From: Carcharhinus longimanus
Lineage: Eukaryota
Reading direction: 5' to 3'
Assembly: GCA_030264375.1 (NCBI GenBank)
Contig: JASCQW010000190.1
Span: 78,717,370-78,781,369, forward strand
Length of the DNA: 64,000 nt
Below the pieces are notes generated by a model. It was not told the origin of the DNA, did not search any database, and was given only the letters and a program-made list of their open reading frames with translations. Position numbers and translations under genes: made by a program. Positions 38,105-50,890 of this stretch are shown here, piece by piece. Positions within the stretch are counted from its first letter, which is position 1; every line of letters begins with the position of its first letter.

Positions 38105-39583
38105 CTGATCTGTGTCACTTACTGATGTTAAGGGTAACACTGCATGATGCCTTTGACTTGGAGTTTCATTTCCCAGTGCAATGTCACTTTTATCATTTGG
38201 ATGAATTTCATTCTTTTGAGCAGTAGTTACATCTGGGATCTCAGCGCTCTCAGCACGATGGGCATCAACCTTTGAAGGTTGACAATTTTTCACTACCTCA
38301 GGGATCTTCGGTCCACCACAAGGGAAGGAAACAGGAGTGACATGGTCAAGTAATTCAGAGTTGTGCCATCTCACAGAAATTTCAGCCTTTGTTACTTCAT
38401 GTACATGTCTGCTTTCTACTGAGCTGGATTGACTGAGAGGGTTGCATATTCCAGAGTCTGAGGTGAGGGAAGACTGCGAAAGAAGGATACATTTCCCATT
38501 TCCAGTTTCCGGAATAATGGGAGCTGTCTGAAGATCGTGTTTATGACAGCTGGATTTAGCCTCGGAGATCTCCTCAAACTGTGAGTAGACATCAGAAAAG
38601 TTCCTTTGTTTACTTGCTCTGCTAATTAAGTTAACAACTTTGCTGAAATCTATTACTTTTGACAAGTTTTTCTTATATTTTATCCTGCTGGATTTATCTG
38701 AATGGTTTTGATCACATTCCTGTTTAATAGGAACAGAGTCAAATAAACAGTCTGAGTTTTGGCCATTGTAATTCATTTTCTCAACAGCAGTGCCTGTATT
38801 TAACTTCTTTTTTAGTGTCATTTGTTTCAGATAATTTAAAACATGTGTTTTTCTACTCTTCTTAAATTCTTGTGGGATTTTCATGTATTTATTGCTTGCA
38901 TCCTCTGGAAAAACAGTTATGGAATTATAACAACTTGCAATACTTGGATCAAATGCTCTTCGAGTTGAACCTGAGAGACATATTTGCACATTCTTCCGCC
39001 TTTTGTTAACCTCCTGGGAATCTGTATCTTCAATGCTCATAGTCTCCAGAGCACTGCTGATTAGATTTGCATCTCCAGCTGTGTCAAAGTCTTGCAGATC
39101 CCCTGCAAATGTATGCCTAAACGTTCTTTTATCTGACACTTGTTTACATGTCAAAACACCATTTGGTACCTCTCCCTTATCTCGTCTCCAGATGCCAGAG
39201 GTTCTGTGCCTTGAATTTCTGGAAAATCGAAATCTGAAGAAGTCTGTTGACTTGAGTCTTTTGAGTGATCTCAGTCTGTCCAGGAAGGACATCCTCAATT
39301 TTTGTTTGGGAGTTTCTCTGAAAACAATCAAAGAACATGGTCTCTTCCGGAAGCTGAAGCCTCTGCTTCTTTTGAAAAGTGAATTGAAAAGTATAGCCAT
39401 TCTGGGCTTCTCTTCTGCATCACTGCTGCCATCACCATCAGTGAATTTGGACTGGTAAAGATTGGTTTCGTAGAACTTCATCTCTTTCCTGTTTTCCGTA
39501 ACGCAGAAAACGTGAGAATCTGCCTTAACGCATCTATTCACAATACAATCAGGGTCCTTTGAATTGTTGATTACATTTTCCAT
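38105..39583 (-). CDS. SPATA13-like (Asef/ARHGEF4/ARHGEF9 family Rho GEF), large first coding exon of the long N-terminal isoform
   Basis: Longest ORF in the window (37994-39601). ATG at 39583 has an in-frame TGA upstream; donor CAG|GTATGT at 38105; 1479 nt, phase 0. Motifs RPCSLIVF, RLRSLKRLKS, EVPNG and IDFSKVVNLIS resemble human SPATA13 long-isoform RPHSMVLV, KMGSFKKLKS, SIPNG and KDFDRVFKLVS. Exact paralog is unresolved. Confidence 0.82.
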
Positions 39584-39692
39584 AATCTCATCTTCTTTCA
39601 ATGGCCTTCAGACTTGATGACTTTATTGATCTTTGTAATTCCTGGAAACATTTCCAAGTCGAAACATTCTGTGCTCGAAAACGTCAGAATGC
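39584..39692 (-). other. 5' UTR portion of the first coding exon
   Basis: Pyrimidine-rich acceptor ttcttttcgtgctgcag| at 39692 on the minus strand, and an in-frame stop before the ATG at 39583. Confidence 0.55.
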
Positions 39693-40519
39693 CTGCAGCA
39701 CGAAAAGAATCAATTGATTTAAAATGGTGCACAGCAGGAGAATAAGTTCCGACATTTCAGCAACTAAATTCTTAAAACAAGGCTAGTCATTCGTACATAA
39801 GGAAAGAGAAAAACTTAGTGAAGACCTCACAATTTTATTAACGTTCTCTAAGCTCCAAATGATTTGATTATTTTTATTGACTTAATGATCACGGGCTCTA
39901 TCTAAAGTTTCCTTTATAATTTTGAAACCATCTAACTGGCCAACACATGAATTTAAGTTTTAATCTAGACTGACACATCAATGGAAGAATTGATTGATGA
40001 TCTGTCTGTAATATGCAAAACACACATTCAATGGAAATAAAAATTAATTAGCTCTGTTGGAGATATTTGTATTCCTATAATTCTGGCTTATTGAGCATCC
40101 GCAATTGTAATTTACCGAAGGTGATGGCCTGGTGGTTTTATCGCTAGACTATTAATCCAGAAACTCAGCTAATGTTCTGGTGACCCGGGTTCAGATCCTG
40201 CCACAGCAGAAGGTGGAATTTGAATTTAATAAAATTTTTTTGGAATTAAGAATCTACTGATGACCATGAAACCATTGTCCATTGTTGGAAAAACCCATCT
40301 GGTTCATTAATAGCCTTTAGGGAAGGAAATCTGCCCTCCTTACCTGGTCTGGCCTACATGTAAATCCAGAGCCACAGCAAAGTGGTTGACTCTCAACTGC
40401 CCTCAGACATCTAGGGATGGGCAACAAATGCTGGCCAGCCAGTAACACACATATCATACGAATGAATAAAAAAAAGCTGTACTTATTTCAATGTATTTCA
40501 ATCAATATTTCAATAATTG

Positions 40520-41870
40520 ATTAAGATAAATGGGTCATTTTAACGTTAGAAAACTGTAATGAGTGGAACAGTGTTGGAGCCTCAATTATTTACCACCTAT
40601 TTTAATGACTCAGATGAAGGATAAATTGTATTGTTAGTCAGATTTACTGGCAATAGAGGATAGGTAGGAAAGCAAATTGTGAGGAGGATACAAAATGTCT
40701 GCACAGGGAAACTAATAGGTTAAGCGAGTTGGCAAAAAATTGGTAGATGGAGTATAATGTGGAAAAATTGTCCATTTTAGGTAAGAAGAGTCATAAAACA
40801 GATTATTTCAATGGTGAAAGTGGCTGCAGCATTCTGTGGTACAGAGGGATTTGGGAATCCATGTAGGTGCATCACAAAGCATTATTATGTGGCAGTATAA
40901 GAACATAAGAAATAGGAGCAGGAGTAGGCCATCTAGCCCCTCGAGCCTGCTCCGCCATTCAATAAGATCANNNNNNNNNNNNNNNNNNNNNNNNNNNNNN
41001 NNNNNNNNNNNNNNNNNNNNNNNNNNNNNNNNNNNNNNNNNNNNNNNNNNNNNNNNNNNNNNNNNNNNNNCCTAGCCAGCCTCTTCCTTTTTATGTATTT
41101 ATAAAAACTCTTGCTATCCTTTTTTATATTAAGCGCTAGCCCAGCTTTTTAGTTTATTCTACCCTTCTTTATCAATTTCTTTGTCATTCTTTGTTGACAT
41201 TTAAACCTCTAAGGTTTAAATGTCAAGCAATTAGGAAGGCAAATGACCCTTATTGCAAGGGGGATGGAGTGTTGCCACAACTATACAGGGCACTAATGAA
41301 GCCACACAAAGAGTACTATGTACAGTTTTGGTCTCCTTAATTAAACAGCTATATACTTGCATTGGAAGCAGTTCAGGAAAAGTGCACTAAACTGTTTTCT
41401 AGAATAAAAAGTGTCTTATGAGCAGTTTGGGCGTCCACTCATTGAACTATGGAAGCATGAAATGTAAGGAAGCATGAAATGTGAGATGGAATTCTCCCAT
41501 CTTGCCTGCAGCTGGGATTCTTTGGTCCCACTGCAGTGAATGGAGATTTAGCTGAGCACCAGATTCTCCATTCTTGCTGGCAGTATATATTCTATCTGAA
41601 TCTGGAAAATTACAGCCATGATCTGATTGAAACATGTAAGATTCTGAGCATGCTTGATAAGGTAAATGCTGAGAGGATGTTTCCCCTCAGCAGGGAAATC
41701 CAGGACTAGGAGTCAAATTTTGCAAGTAAGGGATCTCCTTATCCAGAGATGAGGAGGATTTCCTTTCCTCCCAGATGGCCATTAGCCTTTGGAATTCTCT
41801 TCCACATTGTGTTATAGAACATATTCAAGGCTGTGCCAGAAAGATTTTTGATCTATAAGGGAGGGCAGAC
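40520..41870 (+). mobile_element. Old CR1 LINE fragment with a nested antisense CR1 (40897-41200) and a small MITE (41485-41617)
   Basis: Degenerate RT C-terminus (WxMEYNV, VQRDLGIHV) plus CR1-type 3' region. Confidence 0.75.
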
Positions 41871-43639
41871 TTTGTTGATATGCATTTAGAAGTTACTAAA
41901 GAGGAATTTGTCATGCAATGCTTGGCAGCCATGCTGATTTCACTGTGTCTGGTTTACTATGCATGACCCAGCTGATTGCAAGATGCTGCTAAGTGTAAAG
42001 GTTTATTTTGTACGTTTCCTTTCCCTTTTTCACTTTACGGCACAGAAGACTCATTTGAACAATGTATCTGGACTGGTTTACTAAAAAGGAGCTGTCCACC
42101 TAGTCTCATTCATCTGATCTATTCTTTTATATAAAAGCAGGCTGTGATTACTGTAGTATCACACAACAATGGAACGTTCTGAAACTGTGTAGAATATATA
42201 CTGTGATTTTTTACAATAGGGTTTGTCCAATTTTCTTACAATAAATATTAATAACGTAGATTTTCTTCATTTCTGATATGAAGCTAAACAACACAAATTA
42301 TTTCTCCCCTTGATGTATCACATGCAGTCAGATATCTGTTTACTGTTTTCCAATGTTCTCACTCCACTCCTCTCTCTCGAGGACATTGACCTTTATTGGG
42401 AATATGGTTCCATGAAAACCTTCAGACCTTTCTATCCGGCCAGTAAACAGAACACAAAGCCAGATGTTTAAATGTGGGGAAGAAAACACAATTGAGCAAC
42501 TCCAATCCTTCACCCAAGATCCCCAGCAATGGTGATCCCCAGCAGAAATGAATGGGTAACCATGACAGTGGGCACTTTGACTTATCCTTTCTATTCCTAG
42601 TGCAGGGAGTGCAGTTTGTCTCATTTGCAGTGGTTGTGAACAAGAGATGGCAAAGCCCTCATGTCAGAGCTAAAATTACTGGAAATAAATTCCAGGCTGT
42701 GCAGCTGAATAGAAGGGGGAAACTTGTTCATACAGTATAGAATGAACAATGATTTGCTTCTTTTTTTATGATTTTTTAAAGCTGTCAAATCATATTTTGT
42801 AAACATCAGCACTCTTCACAAGATCGCAATGTCCTGGTGAGAAGCCAAAATGCATTCAGTTCGTTGTGGTGTTCAATAGAAATAAGTAATGTCAAATAGG
42901 ATTATGTCATTTTTTTGTGTGGTTTCACAGATTAAACTAAAGAAAATGTATGCCCACATCTCTGGCTATGAAAGCATATTAGGCTGACAGTGGGATCATA
43001 GAAGATTATGTTTCTTCTATGTTGCTCCAGAGAATATTATGATAAGAATGTCTAGTAAAGAAATGCCAAACAGTGTAGAGTAAGGACTACCAGCAGACTT
43101 AGTCCAACTTTGTACTGAACTGTTTCACCTTGGGCATGTTGGCAGCTGAGGGCACCACAATTGGTCTCAGCATCCTTGGGTGATGCCCAGAATCTTTACA
43201 ATCAGTCAACTCCCAAGAAAGTTTAAGTGAACATAGATAAGTATAGCTGAGTTACTCCAGTGAAAGAGATGGGTATTACCACTGGAAACCAGCTTATTCA
43301 AACCACACTCCCAATCTTTTAAAAATTCATTCATGGCGTCACTGGCTGGCCAGCATTTATTGCCCATCTCTAGTTGCCCGAGGGCAGTTGAAAGTCAACC
43401 ACATTGCTGGGACTCTGGAGTCACATGTAGGCCAGGCCAGGTAAGGATGGCAGATTTCCTTCCCTAAGGGCCATTAGTAAAATAACCTGTGTTAATGTAA
43501 CTTGGATATTCTATCCTTGTCACTCTTAAAAATAACCACACAAAGCAAGCTTAGGCAGAAACTGACACCACATTGTACTCTAGATCTAGAGGTGTCTCAT
43601 ATATCCCTAAGATATCAGATGGACTGATTTCAAATAACA

Positions 43640-44640
43640 TGGCAGAATGTACAAAAATCCTAATCACAAGGGATAGACTATTAGAGAAACTCAAGGGGCT
43701 AAAGGCAGACAAGCCACCAAGCCTGATGAACTGCTCACTAGGGTCTTAATGGAAATGACTACAGAGATAGCAGACTCATTGGTTGAAATTTTTCCTCCCT
43801 TGCTAAATTCTGGGAGGGTACCAGAAGTTTTGAAAACAGCCAATGTGACTTCCTTGTTCAAAAAGGGACAAAGGCAGAAAGCAGGGAACTATAGGCCAGT
43901 TGGTTTAACAACTATTATTGGCAATACTCTGTGGTCAATAATCAAAGAGGAAATAGCTAATCATTTAGAATTGCTGAATATAATCAAACCTAATCAACAT
44001 GGTTTTATGAAAGGTAAATCATGCTTGACAAATTTGTTTGAATTTGTTAATGATGCAATAGGAAGAATAGATAAGACAGGAACTTATTTTCAAAAGGCAT
44101 TTGACAAGATGCCATATAAGAGACTAGTGCATGAAGTAAAAGCCCAAGTGTTGAAAACTGGCTGTCACATAGAAAATACAGTTGGAATAAATGGTTCCTT
44201 TTTAAAGTGGAAAGACGCAACAAGTGGAGTGCTGCTTTTGGCTCACAATTGCGATCCATTTACATTAATGATCTGGAGGAAAGAACAGAATGTAAGACTT
44301 CGAAATTTGCTGATGATACAAAGATAGGTGGAAGAACGTGTTGTGAAGGGGATATTGTGACTCTGCAGCGGGATACAGATAGATTGGGTGACTGGGCAAA
44401 AACCTGGCAAATGGAGTTTAATGTGGGGAAGTGTGAGGTCATGCACTTCTATTGAAGGGATAAAAAAGCAGAAGATTATCTAAATCGAAGGAGATTGCAG
44501 GTGAGCAAGTACAGAGGGATCTAGGTGTTTTAATGAATGAATCACAAAAAGCTAGCAGGCAGGCTAATTACTTAGACAAGTAATTAAGAAAGCATATGGT
44601 ATTTCAGCATTTATTGCAAAGGAGTTGGAGTTTAAAAAAA
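43640..44640 (+). mobile_element. CR1 LINE reverse-transcriptase fragment
   Basis: ANVTSLFKKG..GNYRPVGLT..NQHGFMKGKSCLTNL..FQKAFDK and YINDLE..SKFADDTKIG..WQMEFNVGKCEVMHF. Confidence 0.9.
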
Positions 44641-45256
44641 TAGGGTTCATCTACTGACAGCTGTAGCTACTTCCATTAAAATCCAAGTGTGCAGTTGATT
44701 AAGTAGAATCATAGAATTCCTACGGTTCAGAGGAAAGCCATTCAGCCCATTGAGCCTGCACCAGTAACAATCCCACCCAGTCCTTATCCCCGTACCCCAA
44801 GCATTTACCTGGCTAATCCCTCTAACCTCCACATCTTGGGACACTGAGGGGCAATTTAGCATGGCCAATAAACCTAACCTGCACATCTTTGGATTGGGTT
44901 AGGTCTTGGCGACTTAGAAACATAGAAAATAGGTACAGAAGGAGGCCATTTGGACCTTTGAGCCTGCACCACCATTCAATATGATCATGGCTGATCATGC
45001 ACTTTCAGTATCCCACTCCCACTTTCTTCCCATACCCCTTGATCCCTTTAGCTGCAAAGTCACTTCCAGTCTTGAACATATTTAACAAACTGGCCCCAAC
45101 AGCTTTCTGTGGTAGAGAATCTCACAGGTTCACAACTCTTTGAGTGAAGATGTTCTNNNNNNNNNNNNNNNNNNNNNNNNNNNNNNNNNNNNNNNNNNNN
45201 NNNNNNNNNNNNNNNNNNNNNNNNNNNNNNNNNNNNNNNNNNNNNNNNNNNNNNNN

Positions 45257-46790
45257 AGGGAACAATAGACCAGTTAGTTTAATATCTATTATTGGCAAGA
45301 TGCCAGAGTCAATAATCAAACAAGAAATAGCTAATCATTTAGGAAAGCTGAATCTAGTCAAATCTAGTCAACTGGTTTTATGATAGGTAAATCATGTTTG
45401 ACAAATTTGCTTGAATTCAGGGAGAATAGATAGAGGGGAACCTGGAGATGTACTGTATTTAGATTTCCAAAAGGCATTTGACAAGGTGCCACATAAGAAG
45501 CTGATGCACAAAGTAAAAGCCCATGGAATTAGAGGAAGTGTGTTGATATAGATTAAAAACCAGCTGTCACATAAAAAACAGTGAGTTGAAATATATGGGT
45601 CTTTTTCAGAGTGGATAGATGTAACGAGTGGAGTATCAGTTCTTGGCCCGCAATTATTTACTATTTGCATCAATGACCTGGAGGAAGGAACAGAATATAA
45701 GGCTTCCAATTTTTCCAATGATATGAAGATAGGTGGAAGGCCATGCTGTGATGAGGATATTGTGATTCTGCAAAGCAATATAGATAGGTTGGGTGACTAG
45801 GTGAAAATTTGGCAAATGGAGTTTAACGAGGAGAAGTGTGAGGTCTTGGACTTTGGTAGGAGGAATCAAAGGCAGATTATTATCTAAATGGAGGAAGATT
45901 GCAGATGAGAGAAGTACAGAGGAGGTCTAGTGCATGAATCACAAAAAGCTAGCAGGTAGGTCCAACAAGTAGTTAAGAAGGCAAATGCACTTTGACCTTT
46001 ATTGCAAAGGACTTGGAGTTTAAATATAGGGAGATTTTGTTGCAATTGCACAGGGTGTTGGTGATCTGGAATACTGGTTACATTTTTGGCCCTAAAAAGA
46101 AACAGATATAGTAACTTTGGGGGCAGTCCAAAAGAGATTCACCAAGCTAATTCCTGAGATGAGAGAGTTGTCCTATTGAGAGAAAGTAAGTAGTCTGGGT
46201 CTGTATCCCTTGGAGTTTGGAATACTGAGTGGTGACCTTATTCAAGCATGTAAGATCCTGATGGAACTAGACAGGGTAGATGGTGGGATGTTTTCACTAA
46301 TGGGAGAGTCTCAAACAAGGGGACTTAGCTACAAGATAAAGGGCCAGTCATTTAAAACTGAGGTGNNNNNNNNNNNNNNNNNNNNNNNNNNNNNNNNNNN
46401 NNNNNNNNNNNNNNNNNNNNNNNNNNNNNNNNNNNNNNNNNNNNNNNNNNNNNNNNNNNNNNNNNTCACTAATGGGAGAGTCTCAAACAAGGGGACTTAG
46501 CTACAAGATAAAGGGCCAGTCATTTAAAACTGAGGTGCATAGAAATTTCTTCTCATAGAGGGCGGTGAATCTTTGGAATTCTCTCCCCCAAACATTAGTG
46601 GAGGCTAGATCATCAGAAACATTCAAAGTGGAGGTGGATGAATATTTAATAAATTGAGGAATAGAGGGCTATGGGGAAATGACACAGGATAGGAGTTGAG
46701 GCCATCATGGATGAGCCACGATGGTGTTGAATGGTAGGGCTGGCTTGAAGTGCCTGGTGACCGATTCCTGCTTCTATTTCTTGTTGTTAT
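45257..46790 (+). mobile_element. CR1 LINE RT-to-3'-end fragment (second copy of the same subfamily)
   Basis: GNNRPVSLISIIGK, LDFQKAFDKVPH, and the 3' region through GDLIQACKIL..LDRVD and the 3' UTR. Confidence 0.88.
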
Positions 46791-47035
46791 CTACTTTCCT
46801 GATAAGAATCAGCTGCAGACTTGCACTGCCAAATCAGATAGCAGGCCAGCCCTCTCCTACTACTGTAAAGTAGTATGTTCAGACATCTAGGGGGAGACTC
46901 AGTTGGAGAAAACTAGATCCTAGATCCTAGCAAGGGCTGCCTGGCAGGAAATAGACTGAATTCATTCTCCAATGGGCCAGTAATCACCTGGAAGACAGAA
47001 CAAATAGTCTCCATCAGAGCCACGCTTTGCTCAAT

Positions 47036-47380
47036 GCAGCACAGTGGTTAGCAGTGCTGCCTCACAGTGCCAGGGGCCGGGGTTCAATTCCAGCCTTGGC
47101 TGACTGTGTAGAATTTGTACATTTTTCCCATGTCTGCATAGGTTTCCTCAAGTGCTCTGGATCCCCCCCACTGTCAGTTCAAAGATGTGCAGGTTAAGTG
47201 GATTGGCCATGCTAAATTGCCCCTTAGTGTCCCAAGATGTGTAGGTTAGATGGATTAGCCATAGGAAATGCCTGGGGTTATGGGAATTGGGTGGGACAGA
47301 GGACCTGAATTAGAGAATTGGTGCAGACCGGATGGGCTGAACGGCCTCTTTCTGCACTGTAGGATCCTATGATTCTATGA
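47036..47380 (+). mobile_element. HE1-type SINE, near full length
   Basis: GCAGCACAGTGGTTAGC...GGTTCAATTCC...GCACTGTAGGATCCTATGATTCTATGA. Confidence 0.88.
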
Positions 47381-48923
47381 CACGAGTCCCCAAATGGCTT
47401 TAGTGTGAGCTACCTCTGGGTAAGCAGAAATGCTGCAGAGTTCTCATTTATATAGGTGTAGTCTGCAGTTCTTCTGTGAGCTGCTATATTTCCATGATTT
47501 GCTGCTTCGAGGAGAAGCTCCCCCAATGATGTTGTGCATGCAGGTAGAGGACTTCTCGAACAGAGAAGGCCAAGTCTGGGAAATGGGACCCTCAGCCAGA
47601 GATGGGTCTGGAAGAGTTTTGAGCAGTAAGAGGCTACTAGGTCTACAGTTCACAAAAAGGACACAGGACACATGCAGCTCTGAAAAAAAATGAACAAATC
47701 TTCTTCATAAAGTTTTACCATCACACACTGTTTTTGACTATTGTTCCCATTGACAGATATTCCCTTTACTGCTGTTTCTATCCTATCACTTAATCCTTGG
47801 TTAAAAACAAAATGTGGGACACCTGCAACTGTCACTAAAATTTTTACAGTGCAAGGTTGGCAGAATCGCTGGAGAAACAGCATCAACGAAAGCTGTCTTG
47901 CTTCTTTGGAATTTCAATTGTCTCCTGCTGCAATTTCATTGGAAATTCAGTAGCCAAGATCAATGAATACGTTGCGTGCTTCATCAACTCCTCCTTCTCC
48001 ATAAACCTTTTCCAATTCTCTCTAGAAAGCATCTAATTGTTCCTTGGGCTTTTATGATGAAAGGCCATTAACTTGAAATGCGTCAATTTTTTTTCTCTCT
48101 CCACAGATGATGCCAAATCAACTAAGTATTTCTAGCATTTTCTGTCTGTCCAGCTTTAACTCCAATTTGGTTTGACTCAAATCTCTGGCCTCATAATAGC
48201 ATGCAGTGCACCCAACTGGAAGGCCCAGGCTTACCCTAAACCGAATCTTTTGATCAGTTTGACAATATATATATGCAAGGGGCCTAATGCCTCCGCAGGC
48301 ACATGACAACCTGGGGTCAGATTTCTTGACATAAGAAGCATTGTCCCCAAAATGCCTACCTTTTCTGACTGGAAAACTAACTTAACCAACTTCCCTATCA
48401 CATAATGAACATATGTAGCTCCCAGCTTGGGTCACTGTTTGTGTGGAGATTGCATGTTCTTCTCATGTCTGCATGGGTTTCCTCCCACAGTCCAAAGATG
48501 TGCAGGTTAGGTTGATTGGCCCTTCTAAATTGTCCCTGTGTGTCCTGGACATATAGGTTAGGGGGATTTAGCAGGGTAAATATGTGGGGTTATGGGGATA
48601 GGGCCTGGGTGGGATTATTGTTGGTGCAGACTGAATGGGCGGAATAGCCTCTTTCTGTACTGTAGGATTCTATGATTCTCAAACTGAACTTTATGGAATA
48701 TTACTGCCTTCCTATTATTGCCTTGAAGAAGTGGAAGCTACAGCGCAACACCGTTGGGGAAATCAACCCAGTCATTCCTAGTCTGTTATTCTTAGATACT
48801 GAATTAATAAATGTGTTGAGTTTTGGCTTGAGTCGTTATGATTTTATTCACAGCTCCTAAATAGAGAGCTCTTAATCCGCCAGAAAAGTTGCCCACACAC
48901 TGAAACCACATTTTGAACAGAAT

Positions 48924-50890
48924 CGTTTCAGGATGTTGTACAGCAAAAGTGCAGCGGAAACTGGATTTGAAAAGTGTTTAGGTAATTTACTGGATATTTT
49001 GCATACCACAAACTTTTTGAGGATTCTTTTTAATCTGATAAGAAAGTAGACAGTGCCGCTGAGGAAAAGAGGGGAAATAAAATACTGTTTGAGAAGTGAA
49101 ACTTCACGTTTGCGTGTGCAAGACACTTTTCTGATGGGCAGAATGCAATTTACGGCCATCAATATAACTCAAGTGTTGTCAGTTATCTTTAGAACCATTC
49201 ACTTAACACCATTCTTCTTCAGATGCTGACTAAAAGTGACTGTTCCTAGTAATTGCTGGGAGGAGGGACTTGATGCTTTTGTATTTCCAAACTGCAGAAA
49301 ACCGAAAGCTACACTTTCGTAAGATGGATAAAAATTTTAGCAATAACAACAATTCCCCTCCTCATTTTGTTCTGAACAAGCCAACATTTAACGCTGCAAA
49401 TTTATATTTTGTTTTTGCTTGTTATTATCATGTTATGCTGGAATACACGCTGGTGCAATTATCGTGTACTAAATTCACATTTCTATCACTCAGCAATTGC
49501 AAATGACTGTTTCTGGACAATGGGAGCAATTAAAACATTCCTAAATTTATCGCAAGGGGGATTTATTTCAAAGCTACAGAGTCATTAGGAACTATCTGGC
49601 TACCAATCCAATTTTAGTCCCTTTTACTATACAACAGAGTTCAATCTGAAAGCTTACCTAAATAAGGCTGAGGACCGCAGTCTTGTTTAAAAATGTTGTC
49701 ATTGGTAGTGAGAAAAGTATTGGTCATTCCATCAAAGGTCATCTCACGTCCTATCATATGTTTACTGTTCTTGAACGTTGTGATGGTCAAAGCGTGAGTT
49801 TTTAAACTCTTCAACTTATTTCCTCCCGGGTCCAGAATTACTTTATGCTTTTTTGACAGACTTGAAGTCACCAGGTTGCTTTGATAATAAAACTACCGTA
49901 TGGTTAAGACTCCAACCAGTGTGAGTCTAATTCACTTTCCACCTCGTTTCATATAGTGTGCAATCCTAGATTCTGGTGGTTCACACGGGCTCACAGCCAG
50001 GCTTTCACAAGCAACGGAACTAATGATCAGCCTAATTACTGTTTCCCCCAGAGGCAATACAATTAATGTCAAAACAGATCTTCCTCTCATTACTGAATAG
50101 CCAGTGCTTCAACTGAAAGAAGGTAATCTCTAAACTACATAAAACAAAGTAGGAAGTTCAAAGAAGATTGCAAAAAAGTTGTTTGTCAAAGTTTTTTAAA
50201 ATTTCTTTTTTAAAAGCATCCATCCACCCTTGTCACTTTTCCTACATTGAATGTTGGTTCTATTTAAAATTCCGTTTTGAGTTATCTAAACATCATTTCA
50301 AGATGTTAATGTCCGCTGTTCAAACATGGAAACATCAGACAATTTCTGGAATTCCTTAAAATAAACAGCATTTTGGTGTGGCCTCCCCCAAAGTTTTCAC
50401 GCATGATAAACAAAGGTCGGCTTTAACCTTCGATTTTATTTCTTTGCTGTCCTTTAAACAATGTTTTTCGGTCGGTCTGAATCACACTTTTGTCTTTATG
50501 AAAGTATAGCTTCAGGTTTTCTGCAGTTAACTGCCTTTGGAAATATAAAAGCATCATCCTCACCCCGCCCTCCTCCCGATAATTACTGTGAACAATCACT
50601 TCTGATCAGCGTCTGAGGGAGAATGGTGCTAAGCGAATGGTTCTAAATATAACTGACTACACTTGAGTTATGTTGCTAGCTGCAAATCGCATTCTGCCCG
50701 TCAGAAAAGAGCTGCACTTGCATATGTAATAATTCACTTCACAACCAGTCATGCTTTAAGTGTAAGTGGCAATGTCTACTCATCAGATTGAAAAGAATCT
50801 GCAATACAGTGCGCAAAACACCCAAGAGATGACCTAAATAGTTTTCAAATGCAATTTCAGCTGGACTTTTGCTCTACAACATCCTGCACG
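48924..50890. repeat. Long inverted repeat: arms ~48924-49320 and ~50497-50890
   Basis: The reverse complement of the left arm (..gaatggtgttaagtgaatggttctaaagataactgacaacacttgagttat..ttgcattctgcccatcagaaaag..) aligns collinearly with the right arm (..gaatggtgctaagcgaatggttctaaatataactgactacacttgagttat..tcgcattctgcccgtcagaaaag..). Confidence 0.88.

Noticed and set aside
39003-39458. 151-aa plus-strand ORF
   Set aside because: Antisense shadow of the Rho-GEF exon; no independent motifs.
41448-41482. Short tandem duplications (17 nt here; ~28 nt at 29270-29321) as CRISPR-like or regulatory repeats
   Set aside because: Two-copy slippage duplications within decayed LINEs; no spacer array, and the DNA is eukaryotic.
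47414-48025. Minus-strand acceptor-like sites and short ORFs
   Set aside because: No homology recognised, stops in all frames and a weak donor; cannot be supported as exons.
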